DNA of 64,000 nt from a virus (taxonomy: Duplodnaviria; Heunggongvirae; Uroviricota; Caudoviricetes). Made by a program: the position numbers and the translations under genes. Below the pieces are notes generated by a model. That model was not told the origin of the DNA. It searched no databases and saw only the letters and a program-made list of their open reading frames with translations. Positions 48,425 through 59,000 of the stretch are shown here, piece by piece. The DNA is taken from the IMG/VR virus record IMGVR_UViG_3300024268_000023, one strand, 5' to 3'. Position 1 is the stretch's first letter; each line of letters starts with the position of its first letter.

Positions 48425-48444
48425 ACGATAAGGAGAGGATAAAT

Positions 48445-48624
48445 ATGGCAACGAAAGTCATGACATTTCCACGCCTTAGCGAATTTATTGAGAAATGCAA
48501 AACACTTTTTGCTCCTCATAGTGAGGTAGCAGATAACGATATAAACATAGAAACTTATGTTTTAAATATTGATTACGAAAATAACTTAGCTTTTGATACA
48601 AGCCAAATAATAAACGAGGTGTAA
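48445..48624 (+). CDS. Small paralogue 1 (59 aa, not in ORF track)
   Basis: RBS AAGGAGAGG; MATKVMTFPRLSEFIEKCK...IETYVLNIDYENNLAFDTS. Confidence 0.75.
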   Translation: MATKVMTFPRLSEFIEKCKTLFAPHSEVADNDINIETYVLNIDYENNLAFDTSQIINEV

Positions 48625-48630
48625 AATTTA

Positions 48631-48801
48631 ATGGCATTGAAAATCGCAACACTTGAACGCATCGGTGAGTTCCTTGCCGGATGCAAAAATTTGTTCGCAA
48701 CGCAGTCTGAGGTAACAGAAAATACTACAGACATAGATGAGCATTTGCTCAATGTTGATTATACCAAAATTGAATTTGATACCTCAGAAGTTGTTAGTTG
48801 A
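48631..48801 (+). CDS. Small paralogue 2 (56 aa, not in ORF track)
   Basis: RBS GAGGTG; MALKIATLERIGEFLAGCK...LLNVDYTKIEFDTS. Confidence 0.75.
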   Translation: MALKIATLERIGEFLAGCKNLFATQSEVTENTTDIDEHLLNVDYTKIEFDTSEVVS

Positions 48802-48812
48802 GGTGAATGTTT

Positions 48813-49037
48813 ATGAAACTGAAAGTAACAACACTAAATAATTTAATAGAAATTTTAAGTCTAATGGCGGCAGCGTTCGGCAGTAAAGAACTTGCCGCCA
48901 AGCATAGAAATGCTTTAGAAACTTATGTTTTAAACATTGATTATGAAAATACTTTGGCATTTGACACGAGTTTTATTGTTGGAGACAGCGCTCCCTACGT
49001 TGGCTATGCTAAAGTTGGCTATACCTATGTTGCTTAA
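48813..49037 (+). CDS. Small paralogue 3
   Basis: RBS GAGGTG; LETYVLNIDYENTLAFDTS. Confidence 0.7.
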   Translation: MKLKVTTLNNLIEILSLMAAAFGSKELAAKHRNALETYVLNIDYENTLAFDTSFIVGDSAPYVGYAKVGYTYVA

Positions 49038-49057
49038 AGAAAGGAGGAAGATAATTT

Positions 49058-52000
49058 ATGGCTTATGATAGATTAGATTTAAAAACTGGCGATGAGCTTA
49101 ATGAGGCGGTTTTTAAGAAAATTGACGATAATTTTGAGAAGTCTGTAATTCAAGAAAATAATTATAATCTTACAACTTCTACTGATTTATTAAAAGATTC
49201 CTTTGAATATTGGAAACCTTATTATTCTACAGCAATTCGAGGTTTTGAACAAAATTTTTTAACTAACAAAAATGAAATTTTATTAGAAACTGTTCATAGG
49301 ACTACAATAGCAACTGGTAATTATATTAGTTCACCTGTTATTAAAGTTAATACTGCGCTCGATAATACATTAATAATTGATAATACAAATATTTTTGTAC
49401 GTCATTTCTATATATTTAATGAAAATGGTGAGGTTTTATTCCATATAGGTAACCAGATAGCCACTAATCCAACATATTTTAGTGGTGGCTTATCTAGCTC
49501 TGGGTTGGCAGCCTTTATAGCAGAAGAATCTAATGTTTCTGCGTATCCATTGATATGTTCAGCATTACAAGCAAATAGCATACCGCTCAACTGTGCTATG
49601 TTGAAAGAGCTGAACGCACTGTTTCAGAGTGGTTTATTAGGAACTATTAAAACTTATCATACGATGGGTACCTATGTAGAAAATGAACCAGTATGGATTC
49701 ACTATAGTTTAAAAACTGGTATTGATAGGCCAGATTCTGAAGAAGAGTATAGTAATTGGTTACGATCAACAATATCTGATATTAAATTAAATGAAGTAGT
49801 AACAGAAGAAGTTTATGAAAATCCTAGACTTGCTATCTCTTCTGATGTTGCAGAAAAATTCTATGAGTCACCTCGCTTAAATGATGTGATGAATGAAATA
49901 GGCGAATTCAAAGAGGCACTTGCAATTGAAAATAAAACACTGATTACCAAAAAGAAAGAAGTTATATATAGCGAATTAACAATGGAGAATTTCTTCCCTG
50001 CTCATTATATTGGATACAGATTGTCAAGTACCAGTTGTGCAATCTCTGATTTTTCTACACCAACTTACACAAAGGTAGTGGAAGCAGGTTCTAAAGACTA
50101 TAAAATCACAAAACCAATTCCTTTGGACGTTAACGAAAATAGCACTTATGAAATTACTGGAGCTGCTAGACACTTTGTATTTTTAGATGCAAATGGAAAG
50201 AATTTGTATGGTGGCGAATCAGGTACTAATTTAAAGATTACAGTAGATTATTTCGAAAGTGCTGGAATTGATCCAAAACAAGTTAAATGGTTTGTCTGTT
50301 CAAATAAGATTTCTAACTTTAATGAATCTTGGAAAATTACTAATATAATCACAACTACTTACTATAGTTTTAATATGCCTTCTCTTGCTCTTACAGAAGA
50401 TCAGCTTGGTGGTGTGGACTTAAGCGGTGTTGGTGATGGTTATAAAACAGTAGACTTAACTAATGTTGATAGAATTGTCACTATAGGTGACTCTTATACT
50501 GAATCCTTCTACACAATCAAGGATAAGGCATGGTTAAGTAAAGTATCGCTATTATCTGATTATAACTATGATAACTTCGCAATTAGTGGAGACACTTTCC
50601 GTGGACAATTAAATAAAATTCGTACTGGAGCCTATTCATATGCAAAGACATCTAAGATGACTTGGGAAAAACTGCATCCTACGCATACAATACTGATTAG
50701 TAAAACTAACGACACTAAGTATATGGATGCACAACAGTATATTTATGATATGGTCGCTGCAATAGAGACTACTAAAGGTTTAGGCGCAATACCAATCATT
50801 GCTTCAGAGCATCATGTTAGTAGCCAAGATTATACACAGACTGCTTTTGATTTTTATGCTAAAAAATATGGTGGGTATTATGTTGACCTCACAGAAAAAA
50901 CTTACACGTTAAGAGGCACAGATCATAAACCATTCTGGGGAGGAAGTCATCCTGGTACAAGAACAAATCACCTATATTCAGATGTATTTACAAAATATAT
51001 CAATGAAAATCTTCCTAGACCCTATTCATCTATAAAGATTTTTAGACCAAGAGATAATTCATTGGTTTCTAACTTAGATAACTATTTATTCCACGGTATT
51101 GAAGAAAGAGCAGAAAAATTCAAAGAAATTTCCATTTGTCATTCTGCTTTAAATGATTCTTCTCTATACGATACTTGTACGAACCAAAGCGGCACTAAGT
51201 ACGAATCCGAATACTTTAAATTAATGGCAGGCTTAAGTGTTGAGTTTGATAAAATGTGTTTAATTGATGTTATATTGCCGTCTACTGTGCATGATATCTC
51301 AGAGGTAAAATTAATCACCAATACTCTCTCAGGAGTTAATTGCTATGTAAAAGATGTTATAGCTGAACCATATCCGAGTCCTGCGTTCTGTCGTAGATTT
51401 GATATTGCAGAAGTTTTAGATAGCACTAGAGTAGCAGTAGGTAATAAATATACTTCTGATAAATCAACGGGTGTTACATACACTGTTGTAGAAATCATCT
51501 ATGACCAAGTTGAGTCTGATGATGGTTTTGTTGATGGTACTATTCTTATCTGCTCAGGTAATAAATCGGTTACTCAATATAATGAATCAACTTTAACATT
51601 GACATCTGGTACCGGTGATGCAACATTACACTGTACTTATGAAGCGGTTGGTCTTTCTTCTGATTATCCAGCTGGAAAACAAGATATTGGTCATTATGTT
51701 TTATTGGAAGAATACGGTGTCGTTAAGGATTCAACATTAAAACGTGCTTTAGATTATGATAAAATTACATTCTTACTTGTTGGAGATTCAACCTTTAATC
51801 TTAAAGATGTTCAAGTAAAGTTTAAGGGTAACATTACAAAACAAAGAGATACTCTAGCATATAGAAACAACTTACAATTGACTACAGGAACTAAAACTTC
51901 AAAGTTATCCTATACTAAATTTGATAATGATTCTGTCGCTCATTGGATTAAGAATGATTCTTCTGTATGTGGATTAACTCCAACAACTCCTGTAGATAGT

Positions 52001-52408
52001 GTACTTCCTAAAAATATATCAAAGATTGTAACGCTAACTCCTGATGATGGCACTATTGCTCAATCAATCACTGTTAGTGGAATTACAGATGAGACAACGT
52101 CTTCTAACTATAAGGTTAAAGTATGGGCAAGATACTTCCCTGATATATTTGACCCTACTACTATGACATATCCAGATGATTCGGCAATTACCGATGATTC
52201 ATTTGACTGGGCGAAGCTTGCAGTTAAGCTGTATGACTCCAATGATAGTCTCCAGAAAGACTCAAGCATTAAAATGCAGAAATTGGTTGGGTTACACTGG
52301 ACTGAACTAGAGGTTGATATTACTTTGCCACCAGTTGCTAAAACTTGGTATATCGGATTAGAAGCTATTGATAAGCCAATTCAGCTTGCATATTGCGATG
52401 TAATTTAA
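49058..52408 (+). CDS. Tail-associated SGNH/GDSL hydrolase-domain protein (1116 aa)
   Basis: TIGDSYT, NFAISGDT, TND, SHPG blocks; visibly more AT-rich than neighbours. Confidence 0.7.
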   Translation: MAYDRLDLKTGDELNEAVFKKIDDNFEKSVIQENNYNLTTSTDLLKDSFEYWKPYYSTAIRGFEQNFLTNKNEILLETVHRTTIATGNYISSPVIKVNTALDNTLIIDNTNIFVRHFYIFNENGEVLFHIGNQIATNPTYFSGGLSSSGLAAFIAEESNVSAYPLICSALQANSIPLNCAMLKELNALFQSGLLGTIKTYHTMGTYVENEPVWIHYSLKTGIDRPDSEEEYSNWLRSTISDIKLNEVVTEEVYENPRLAISSDVAEKFYESPRLNDVMNEIGEFKEALAIENKTLITKKKEVIYSELTMENFFPAHYIGYRLSSTSCAISDFSTPTYTKVVEAGSKDYKITKPIPLDVNENSTYEITGAARHFVFLDANGKNLYGGESGTNLKITVDYFESAGIDPKQVKWFVCSNKISNFNESWKITNIITTTYYSFNMPSLALTEDQLGGVDLSGVGDGYKTVDLTNVDRIVTIGDSYTESFYTIKDKAWLSKVSLLSDYNYDNFAISGDTFRGQLNKIRTGAYSYAKTSKMTWEKLHPTHTILISKTNDTKYMDAQQYIYDMVAAIETTKGLGAIPIIASEHHVSSQDYTQTAFDFYAKKYGGYYVDLTEKTYTLRGTDHKPFWGGSHPGTRTNHLYSDVFTKYINENLPRPYSSIKIFRPRDNSLVSNLDNYLFHGIEERAEKFKEISICHSALNDSSLYDTCTNQSGTKYESEYFKLMAGLSVEFDKMCLIDVILPSTVHDISEVKLITNTLSGVNCYVKDVIAEPYPSPAFCRRFDIAEVLDSTRVAVGNKYTSDKSTGVTYTVVEIIYDQVESDDGFVDGTILICSGNKSVTQYNESTLTLTSGTGDATLHCTYEAVGLSSDYPAGKQDIGHYVLLEEYGVVKDSTLKRALDYDKITFLLVGDSTFNLKDVQVKFKGNITKQRDTLAYRNNLQLTTGTKTSKLSYTKFDNDSVAHWIKNDSSVCGLTPTTPVDSVLPKNISKIVTLTPDDGTIAQSITVSGITDETTSSNYKVKVWARYFPDIFDPTTMTYPDDSAITDDSFDWAKLAVKLYDSNDSLQKDSSIKMQKLVGLHWTELEVDITLPPVAKTWYIGLEAIDKPIQLAYCDVI

Positions 52409-52426
52409 GGAGGTGACCCATAAATT

Positions 52427-52921
52427 ATGACAATTATTGAAGCAATGGTACAACTCAGAAATGACCTTAAACTTTGGGTCACTAATAACTTGCGTGTTAA
52501 AGTTGATAAAGAAGAAATAGACCCATATGTTTTTAATGTTGACCTTAATGGAGAAGAAGACGGAGATGGGTCTAATTTTGATGCAAACTATTTTGATGTT
52601 GATGAGACTCTTTCTGTAACAGGCTTAGCTGCAGATGCTAAGAAAACTGGTGATGAGCTTGCTCGCTTAAATGAGATGATTGGAGGTTCTCCGGTTTCTG
52701 ACCAGATCGCAGAAGCAATTGTTGAGGTTTATGTACAAGCAGAGGAACCGGCTGATGCTCAAACAGGAACTTTGTGGGTTGATACTAACGAAGTAGGTCT
52801 GCCCGAAGAGGAAGATAATACTGCCAAGGTTTATCTCATTGATGCTGGTACCAGTGATATTTCCTCAATCGATCTTAGCAACTATAAAGTAGGCGACGTT
52901 TTGATAGTAACTACTTCATAA
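52427..52921 (+). CDS. Fibre-cluster protein
   Basis: VDETLSVTGLAADAKKTG and VQAEEP....GTLWVD fibre motifs; N terminus paralogous to 59838. Confidence 0.6.
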   Translation: MTIIEAMVQLRNDLKLWVTNNLRVKVDKEEIDPYVFNVDLNGEEDGDGSNFDANYFDVDETLSVTGLAADAKKTGDELARLNEMIGGSPVSDQIAEAIVEVYVQAEEPADAQTGTLWVDTNEVGLPEEEDNTAKVYLIDAGTSDISSIDLSNYKVGDVLIVTTS

Positions 52922-52936
52922 AGGAGCTGGTATTAG

Positions 52937-54232
52937 ATGATAACAAATAGAACAGCTACTGTAGTTATCCAAGGATTGAGCGGGGCCAATACATTATTCA
53001 AACGAAGCGAAGAAGAAAAAACATATGGGCGTTTTTATGTCGTAAAAGAAAATTTTGAAGACGGAGAACCAGCAGGTCTCACTGGGATAAGTGGCGATGT
53101 TTTTGTTGTAACCGGTGAAAAGGTTGCGTATTTTATCAAGACTATTACATTGTATGAAAACATTTTCTATGATATTTCTGGGAAAGCTATTCCTGGGGAT
53201 TTGACGGTATTCCTATCTTCTGGGTTTACAAAAGGAGATATAGAAGGGCTTAAAAATAATGTTATAGCAACCACCTATGCGGATAAACAAGGCAACTTTA
53301 AGTTTGAAAGTGTTTTTTGTGAAGGTAACGATGGTGTGGTAGCAATGTGGATTCCTATTTCATTGGAAAATGTTGCCACAGCAAGTCTCGAATATAGTTT
53401 GTCCGTAGCTATCCATGACTCTGCTTTAGGGAATATTCTTACCTATTCTTTCTTAAAAGAAAAAGGTTCATACACGAAACCTTTTTTTACAATAACAGGA
53501 ACATGTACTAAAAATATCGAAAAGATTTTTTTGAGCAAAATTGATAATACTTTTGATTTAGCCCAACTGATGGAAACGCTTTGTACAGCAAAAGACACAG
53601 AAAACGGGAAATGGAAAATCGAGCATAGTGGAGAGTACGATCAAAACTACGTTTTATGGTGTGCTACTGCTAATGAAGGTTCTTTTACCGTAGATGAAAT
53701 TTTACTTACAGAAGATACCACAACTTGTCTTTCGGCGGACACATTAATAACCATGGCAGATGGCAGTAAATGCAGATTGGATAACATCTCAATTGGTGAC
53801 GAGGTTCTGTCTGCCAATGGAGCTATTACTAAAGTTTACAATGTGCGCAGAGGACATTTTAATGACACTCATACATTCTATACGTTTGAAGATGGCACCG
53901 TTATAGACGAAACACATCCTCATCGGTTTTATAATGTAGAGCAAGGGTTTTGGCAGAGACTTCAATCGTGGAAGGTTGGAGAACATGCAATGAAAGAAAA
54001 TGGAGAAAAAGTGGCTCTGAAATCTGTTGAGCACGTACATGAACCGGCGGAAATGTTCGGAATATGGACAGACTCTGGTATGTATTTTGCAAACGGACTT
54101 TTATCGGGAGCCGCTTTTTGTAATAAAGAATTATTAAAAGAAGCTTCAGCGGAACAGGCTGTTGATATGATGTTGTCAGCAGATGAAGACTGGCTTCTTC
54201 AATTAATGGGGATAGAAGGTGAGTTACCATAA
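52937..54232 (+). CDS. Hint (Hedgehog/intein-like) domain protein; Hint about 53726-54108
   Basis: Block A CLSADTLITMADG, block B ETHPHRF (TxxH), terminal YFANGLLSG without His-Asn, then a ~40-aa tail. Confidence 0.85.
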   Translation: MITNRTATVVIQGLSGANTLFKRSEEEKTYGRFYVVKENFEDGEPAGLTGISGDVFVVTGEKVAYFIKTITLYENIFYDISGKAIPGDLTVFLSSGFTKGDIEGLKNNVIATTYADKQGNFKFESVFCEGNDGVVAMWIPISLENVATASLEYSLSVAIHDSALGNILTYSFLKEKGSYTKPFFTITGTCTKNIEKIFLSKIDNTFDLAQLMETLCTAKDTENGKWKIEHSGEYDQNYVLWCATANEGSFTVDEILLTEDTTTCLSADTLITMADGSKCRLDNISIGDEVLSANGAITKVYNVRRGHFNDTHTFYTFEDGTVIDETHPHRFYNVEQGFWQRLQSWKVGEHAMKENGEKVALKSVEHVHEPAEMFGIWTDSGMYFANGLLSGAAFCNKELLKEASAEQAVDMMLSADEDWLLQLMGIEGELP

Positions 54233-55386
54233 AGAAATTAGTTATGCTTTCAGTGGAAAGCGTTTTCTCCGGAAGAGTTTGCAGCGGAATGGCAGAAATG
54301 GTAGATAGTATGGCAAATTCTCTGAGCAGAGATTATGATGTTACGATTGTGTGCCCTGATGGGGATAGTGTGTTTGTAAGAAACGCAGGCGATTTGAGAA
54401 CAATAGATGAAGACGTAAGAGTTTGTCGTTTTTCCGCTGTTAACTATTATTTGGTATCTCAAAGCCATTGGATTGAGAAAGCTGTAAAAATTGTTGAAGA
54501 TTTAAACCCCGATATTTTGCACAATTTTGCAGAGCCAGAAATTATCTCCATGCTTTCTAAAAGACCTTTAAAGGCCGTATGCACTTTTGATCAAGCGGAT
54601 TTCGTTAGGGGCAAAGAGAAATTTTTGCCCCTCTATGACACCGTTACCACAAGTTCCGTTCAATATGCAAAAGATGTTTTAGGAGCAAAAGATGAGCTTT
54701 CTGATACTCTATTGTCCATTGATTTCCAAGGTATCACCGCAGGTATATTAGACACGGTTTTTACTCCCGAAAAAGGTTTGCTGATTCCTGCAAGTTATAC
54801 TGCAGAGAATCAAAATGGTAAACGCATATGTAAAAATAATTTGCTTAAGACTTACGGGGTAGATGGAGACCCTTACATATGTGTCATGATGTGCAGATTG
54901 ATAAAGGAGAAGGGTCTTGAAAAAGTTTTTGACTCTATAGACACCATTAAAAGAACCGGAGGTGTTCTGGTTATTGTCGGTAAAGGTGCGCATGTTTATG
55001 AGCAAAAGCTAAGATCTTATAAACATTCTGATGGAGTTATTTATATTGACAGATGGGCTTCGCCCGTACAAGCGGCTCCTTTAGCGGCTGGGGCAGACTT
55101 TTATTTATGCCCAAGTAATTCAGAGGCATGCGGTTTAATGCCTATGACGGCCAGTCGTTATGGAGCAATTCCTATTGTTGCCATGAATGGCGGATTAGTT
55201 GATAACTTTAATCCCGATAACGCAGTTGTAATTGATGAAAACGGTTTGCCGAATGCTATTGAACGAGCGGCAAAACTGTATGAGGATAAAAAGGAATTAA
55301 AAAACAAAAGAAACACTTGTATGACTGAAGATTTTTCATGGACTACAAGAAAACAAGGATATATAAGTATATATGAAAAGGAGTAA
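54229..55386 (+). CDS. Glycogen-synthase-like (GT5-like, GT-B) glycosyltransferase; first ATG 54244, probable ATA start 54229
   Basis: CRLIKEKG, AGADFYLCPSNSEACGL, RYGAIPIV..NGGLVD match the GlgA C-terminal lobe; KTGGL is replaced by VCSGM. Confidence 0.8.
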   Translation: MKKLVMLSVESVFSGRVCSGMAEMVDSMANSLSRDYDVTIVCPDGDSVFVRNAGDLRTIDEDVRVCRFSAVNYYLVSQSHWIEKAVKIVEDLNPDILHNFAEPEIISMLSKRPLKAVCTFDQADFVRGKEKFLPLYDTVTTSSVQYAKDVLGAKDELSDTLLSIDFQGITAGILDTVFTPEKGLLIPASYTAENQNGKRICKNNLLKTYGVDGDPYICVMMCRLIKEKGLEKVFDSIDTIKRTGGVLVIVGKGAHVYEQKLRSYKHSDGVIYIDRWASPVQAAPLAAGADFYLCPSNSEACGLMPMTASRYGAIPIVAMNGGLVDNFNPDNAVVIDENGLPNAIERAAKLYEDKKELKNKRNTCMTEDFSWTTRKQGYISIYEKE

Positions 55387-55393
55387 CCTTAGA

Positions 55394-56041
55394 ATGAAGC
55401 ATCTTGCTTTAATTGCAGATGGGAATAGACGTTGGGCAAAAGAAAATAATTTGCCATGGGAGACGGGCTATTTGCAAGGTTTGGCTACAATTGAGCGTTG
55501 CTGTGATTGGGCAATAGATAGAAATGTTGAATATTTGACTATATATTGCTTCTCTACTGAAAATTGGGGACGCCCTGAAAATGAAGTTAATCAGCTTATG
55601 GATTTTGCCAGATGGTATTTTTCTGAGAAATTAGATTGGTACATAGCATCTGATATATGCGTAAAGTTCGCTGGACGTAAAGATCGCCTGGCAGAAGATT
55701 TGGTCGATAAGCTTAACAAAGTAGAAAATGCTACTATGAATTGTAAAAAATTAAAATTAACAATTTGTGTGGATTATGGCGGACGAGATGAAATTGTTAG
55801 AGCTATAGAGACCGGAGCAAAAACTGAGCAAGAAATATCTGGAACTTTAGACGTCAAAGCTCCAGACCCAGACATGATTGTTCGCACTGGTGGGGAAATG
55901 AGACTTTCGAATTTTTTGCTTTGGCAAGCGGCTTATGCCGAATTGTATTTTGTTAAGGAGTTTTTCCCGGCATTAGATTATTCTATGTTGGATTCTTTCT
56001 TAAACGAATATATAAATAGGAAACGAAATTTTGGACATTAA
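55394..56041 (+). CDS. uppS: cis-prenyltransferase (undecaprenyl-PP synthase family)
   Basis: IADGNRRWAK, FSTENWGRP, YGGRDEI, RTGGEMRLSNFLLWQ. Confidence 0.93.
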   Translation: MKHLALIADGNRRWAKENNLPWETGYLQGLATIERCCDWAIDRNVEYLTIYCFSTENWGRPENEVNQLMDFARWYFSEKLDWYIASDICVKFAGRKDRLAEDLVDKLNKVENATMNCKKLKLTICVDYGGRDEIVRAIETGAKTEQEISGTLDVKAPDPDMIVRTGGEMRLSNFLLWQAAYAELYFVKEFFPALDYSMLDSFLNEYINRKRNFGH

Positions 56042-56059
56042 TTTTAATATGAAGGGGGT

Positions 56060-59000
56060 ATGTGTATGCCTGGTTTGAAAGTAAAAAGCAGCAATGGCAA
56101 ATGGTTGGATATCGCTTCTGCGGATAGTCATGAGCATACCATAGATGATATTATTGGACTCCCAGGAAACATTGCCAATGAGGTTGCTGACTTAAAAGAA
56201 AAGATTGGAAATCAGTCGGTTGCATATCAAATTAACGCTGCAATAGGGGGAGTTAATCCACGGCATCCTTCAACTCACCCGGCTAGTATGATTACTGGAC
56301 TTTCGGCAGTTGCCACATCAGGTAGTTTCAACGACCTTAAAGATGTTCCCGCTAATTTGGGTGGGGGAGTTGGAGCAGGCCTTCCTGATATTACGGATGA
56401 AGATGAAGGTAAAGTTCTTGGAGTTCTTGATGGAGAATGGACAAAGATAGATGCACCTGGAGCAGGGATAACGTCTAGCAGTACGGACATACTTCCAGCG
56501 ACTGATTTGGTTCTAACACCCGTGGCCGAGGGCCCGACTTCTTACGATGGGAAAAAAATTTATATAAATGAATCTACCGACACTGACATGCTTAGTGCAT
56601 GTGAAAAAATCGCCGCAGGTAAAGAGTATTGCTTTGTTGTTAATGGGGCGGAATATACCTGTACAGCTATGAACTTTAATCAGTTTTCTGAGCTGATTCC
56701 TGAGTATCCTGTAGTTCCTGAAGTTACTATAAATAATTTCGCTTTCTGCGGAAATATTTGTCTTGCAGCGGAAGGGCATGATGATCTTGATAATTCTTTG
56801 CCTTTTGCTTTTGAATTTTTAGATAACGACAGGGTAATAGATGGCGAAACCGTTAAAGAAAAAGCTGTTTATTTTGCTACCGTGTCTGATGAAGATGTAA
56901 GTGAAATTACATGCAATCTGCGAATTTATGAAAAAGTAAATTCTATCAGCTGGAATGAAATTACAAATAAGCCTTTTTATGAAAAGACATATAAAATTGT
57001 AATTGATGAAAGCACGGTAACAGATGTTACGTTTTCAGGATTAGGCTTTGCATGGAAAAAAGTTTCTCCGGATACATTACCTGAAGGAACGGTTGTTGGC
57101 GGAACAATCTCTATGAATGGAATGTCTATAGTGATTAGTAGAGACGATGTCATAGCTGAAAATGAGCATGGAATAGGTTGTCTTCTTCTTGGCCAGTTCC
57201 CGTTCTTAATGGTATATAAACCGGGAGAAACTACTCTTACTGCATTAGGACGTACTGAAACCGTAAATATTCCTGAAACCGGCACATATATGCTTGGTGT
57301 TGGCGAAGGAGGAAGCTATACTTTTGAATCTAAAGAGATTAAAAAACTTAATAATAAGTTTCTTGGCATTCTTGAAGGTGAAGATTCTGAAGAGATGGAT
57401 ATCTTCCCAAAACAAACCGTTACATGGGAAAATGCACAAGATTCTTCATCTTTTGAGATTCAAGAATGTCCTCAGCTCAATAAAAAATATATCGTTGAGT
57501 TTGACGGCACTGAATACGAATGTGTTGCTTGGCTTGGCGAAGGAATATGCCTTGGCAACACAAGGTCTATGGGAGAATCATACCCTGATTCAGGAGAACC
57601 TTTTTTAGCTGCATCAATTCCGGATGATGGAAAAATTGCAATGGTTTTTATTCTTCCAGAATCGGCGACAGAAACCCATGAAATAAGAGTGTATAAACCT
57701 GCTACTAAAGCAATGGTAAAAGGAGAACATATTCCGTTTGTAAAACACACTCCGTATTCCGAAGAAGAAGTTCTTCCAATAAATGAGTATGGCCCGTTAA
57801 CATACAGCGATACATACAAGCTTTACAAGATAGATGTTGAATCTGATTTCGTTCTCAAAGCTGGTGTGGAATATACTGTAACTTGGGATAATGCTGTTTA
57901 TGTATGCGAAGGTCAAGATTGTAGTTCCGTTATGACTGGAGCAGTTGCGATAGGCAACGGTACTGATTTTGGATATAAAGGAAATAATGAACCGTTCATT
58001 ATTTTGACTGCAAATGGTTTTCTTTCTGTTTGTGCTGTAAATGATACTGCTGAAAATTATCATACTGTCAGAGTCAGAATCGTAACCAAAGAAAAAGATG
58101 AAGCAAAACCCGGATTTGTTTCGTGGGATGCTATTGAAGACAGACCTTTTGGAGAAAAACCGGTTGTGATTTTTGAAGGCGAATTCCAAAATACTCTTGT
58201 TGATAACGATGGCGATGGAACGAATGATGCATGGAACGACGAGCCAATGAGCATCGTAGATACATCTGAAGTAACACTTGAAGAAGGCAAACGCTACGTT
58301 GTAACTTGGGAAGGTAAAGAATACGAACTTGAATGTTATTTAGCAGAAGGAATAGTTCCTTATGTAGGTAATACAGCACTTGTTGGACTTGAAGATAATG
58401 GCGTCCCATTTGCTATAGCGAGAGATACTGTTGGACTTACTGGAGGCACGCCTAAATGGATTGCAATGGTTAATCCTGTGCCAACAGATTTAACTATAAG
58501 CGGTCTTTATTCTTGTAAAATAGTCGGAGAAAAAATAGAAAAAATCCCTGAAATATACCAGAATCAAACCGATTGGGACGAAAAAGATGAAAAGAGTGCA
58601 GCATTTCTTAATAATAAACCTTTCGGAGAAATGGTTTCTGCTGGTTCGGTTTTGACGGATACTATGGCTGGATATGATAGCGATGATTTTGGACTTATTC
58701 TAACAGATATTAATACAGGTAAATCTTTATTAAAAGATGAATATTTTCAAATTGGGGGAAAATATATTGTTGAAATCAATGGACATGTCTTAGTTGGTAC
58801 TGGCGTTGATGGAACAACAATTACTAATTTAATAAACTTACCATCAGATGTATTTATTAAGGGCGGAATTGTCACATTAAATGATTTTGATGATAACGGC
58901 AATTATCATACAGTAGTAGTTGTTGGGTTTGCAAATATACTTAATTTCATTGATACCGCATACGACTCTGAATTTACAAATGATGAATCATATCCGGTAA

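Noticed and set aside
52937-54232. True protein-splicing intein
   Set aside because: No terminal His-Asn followed by Cys/Ser/Thr, and no conserved host protein is interrupted
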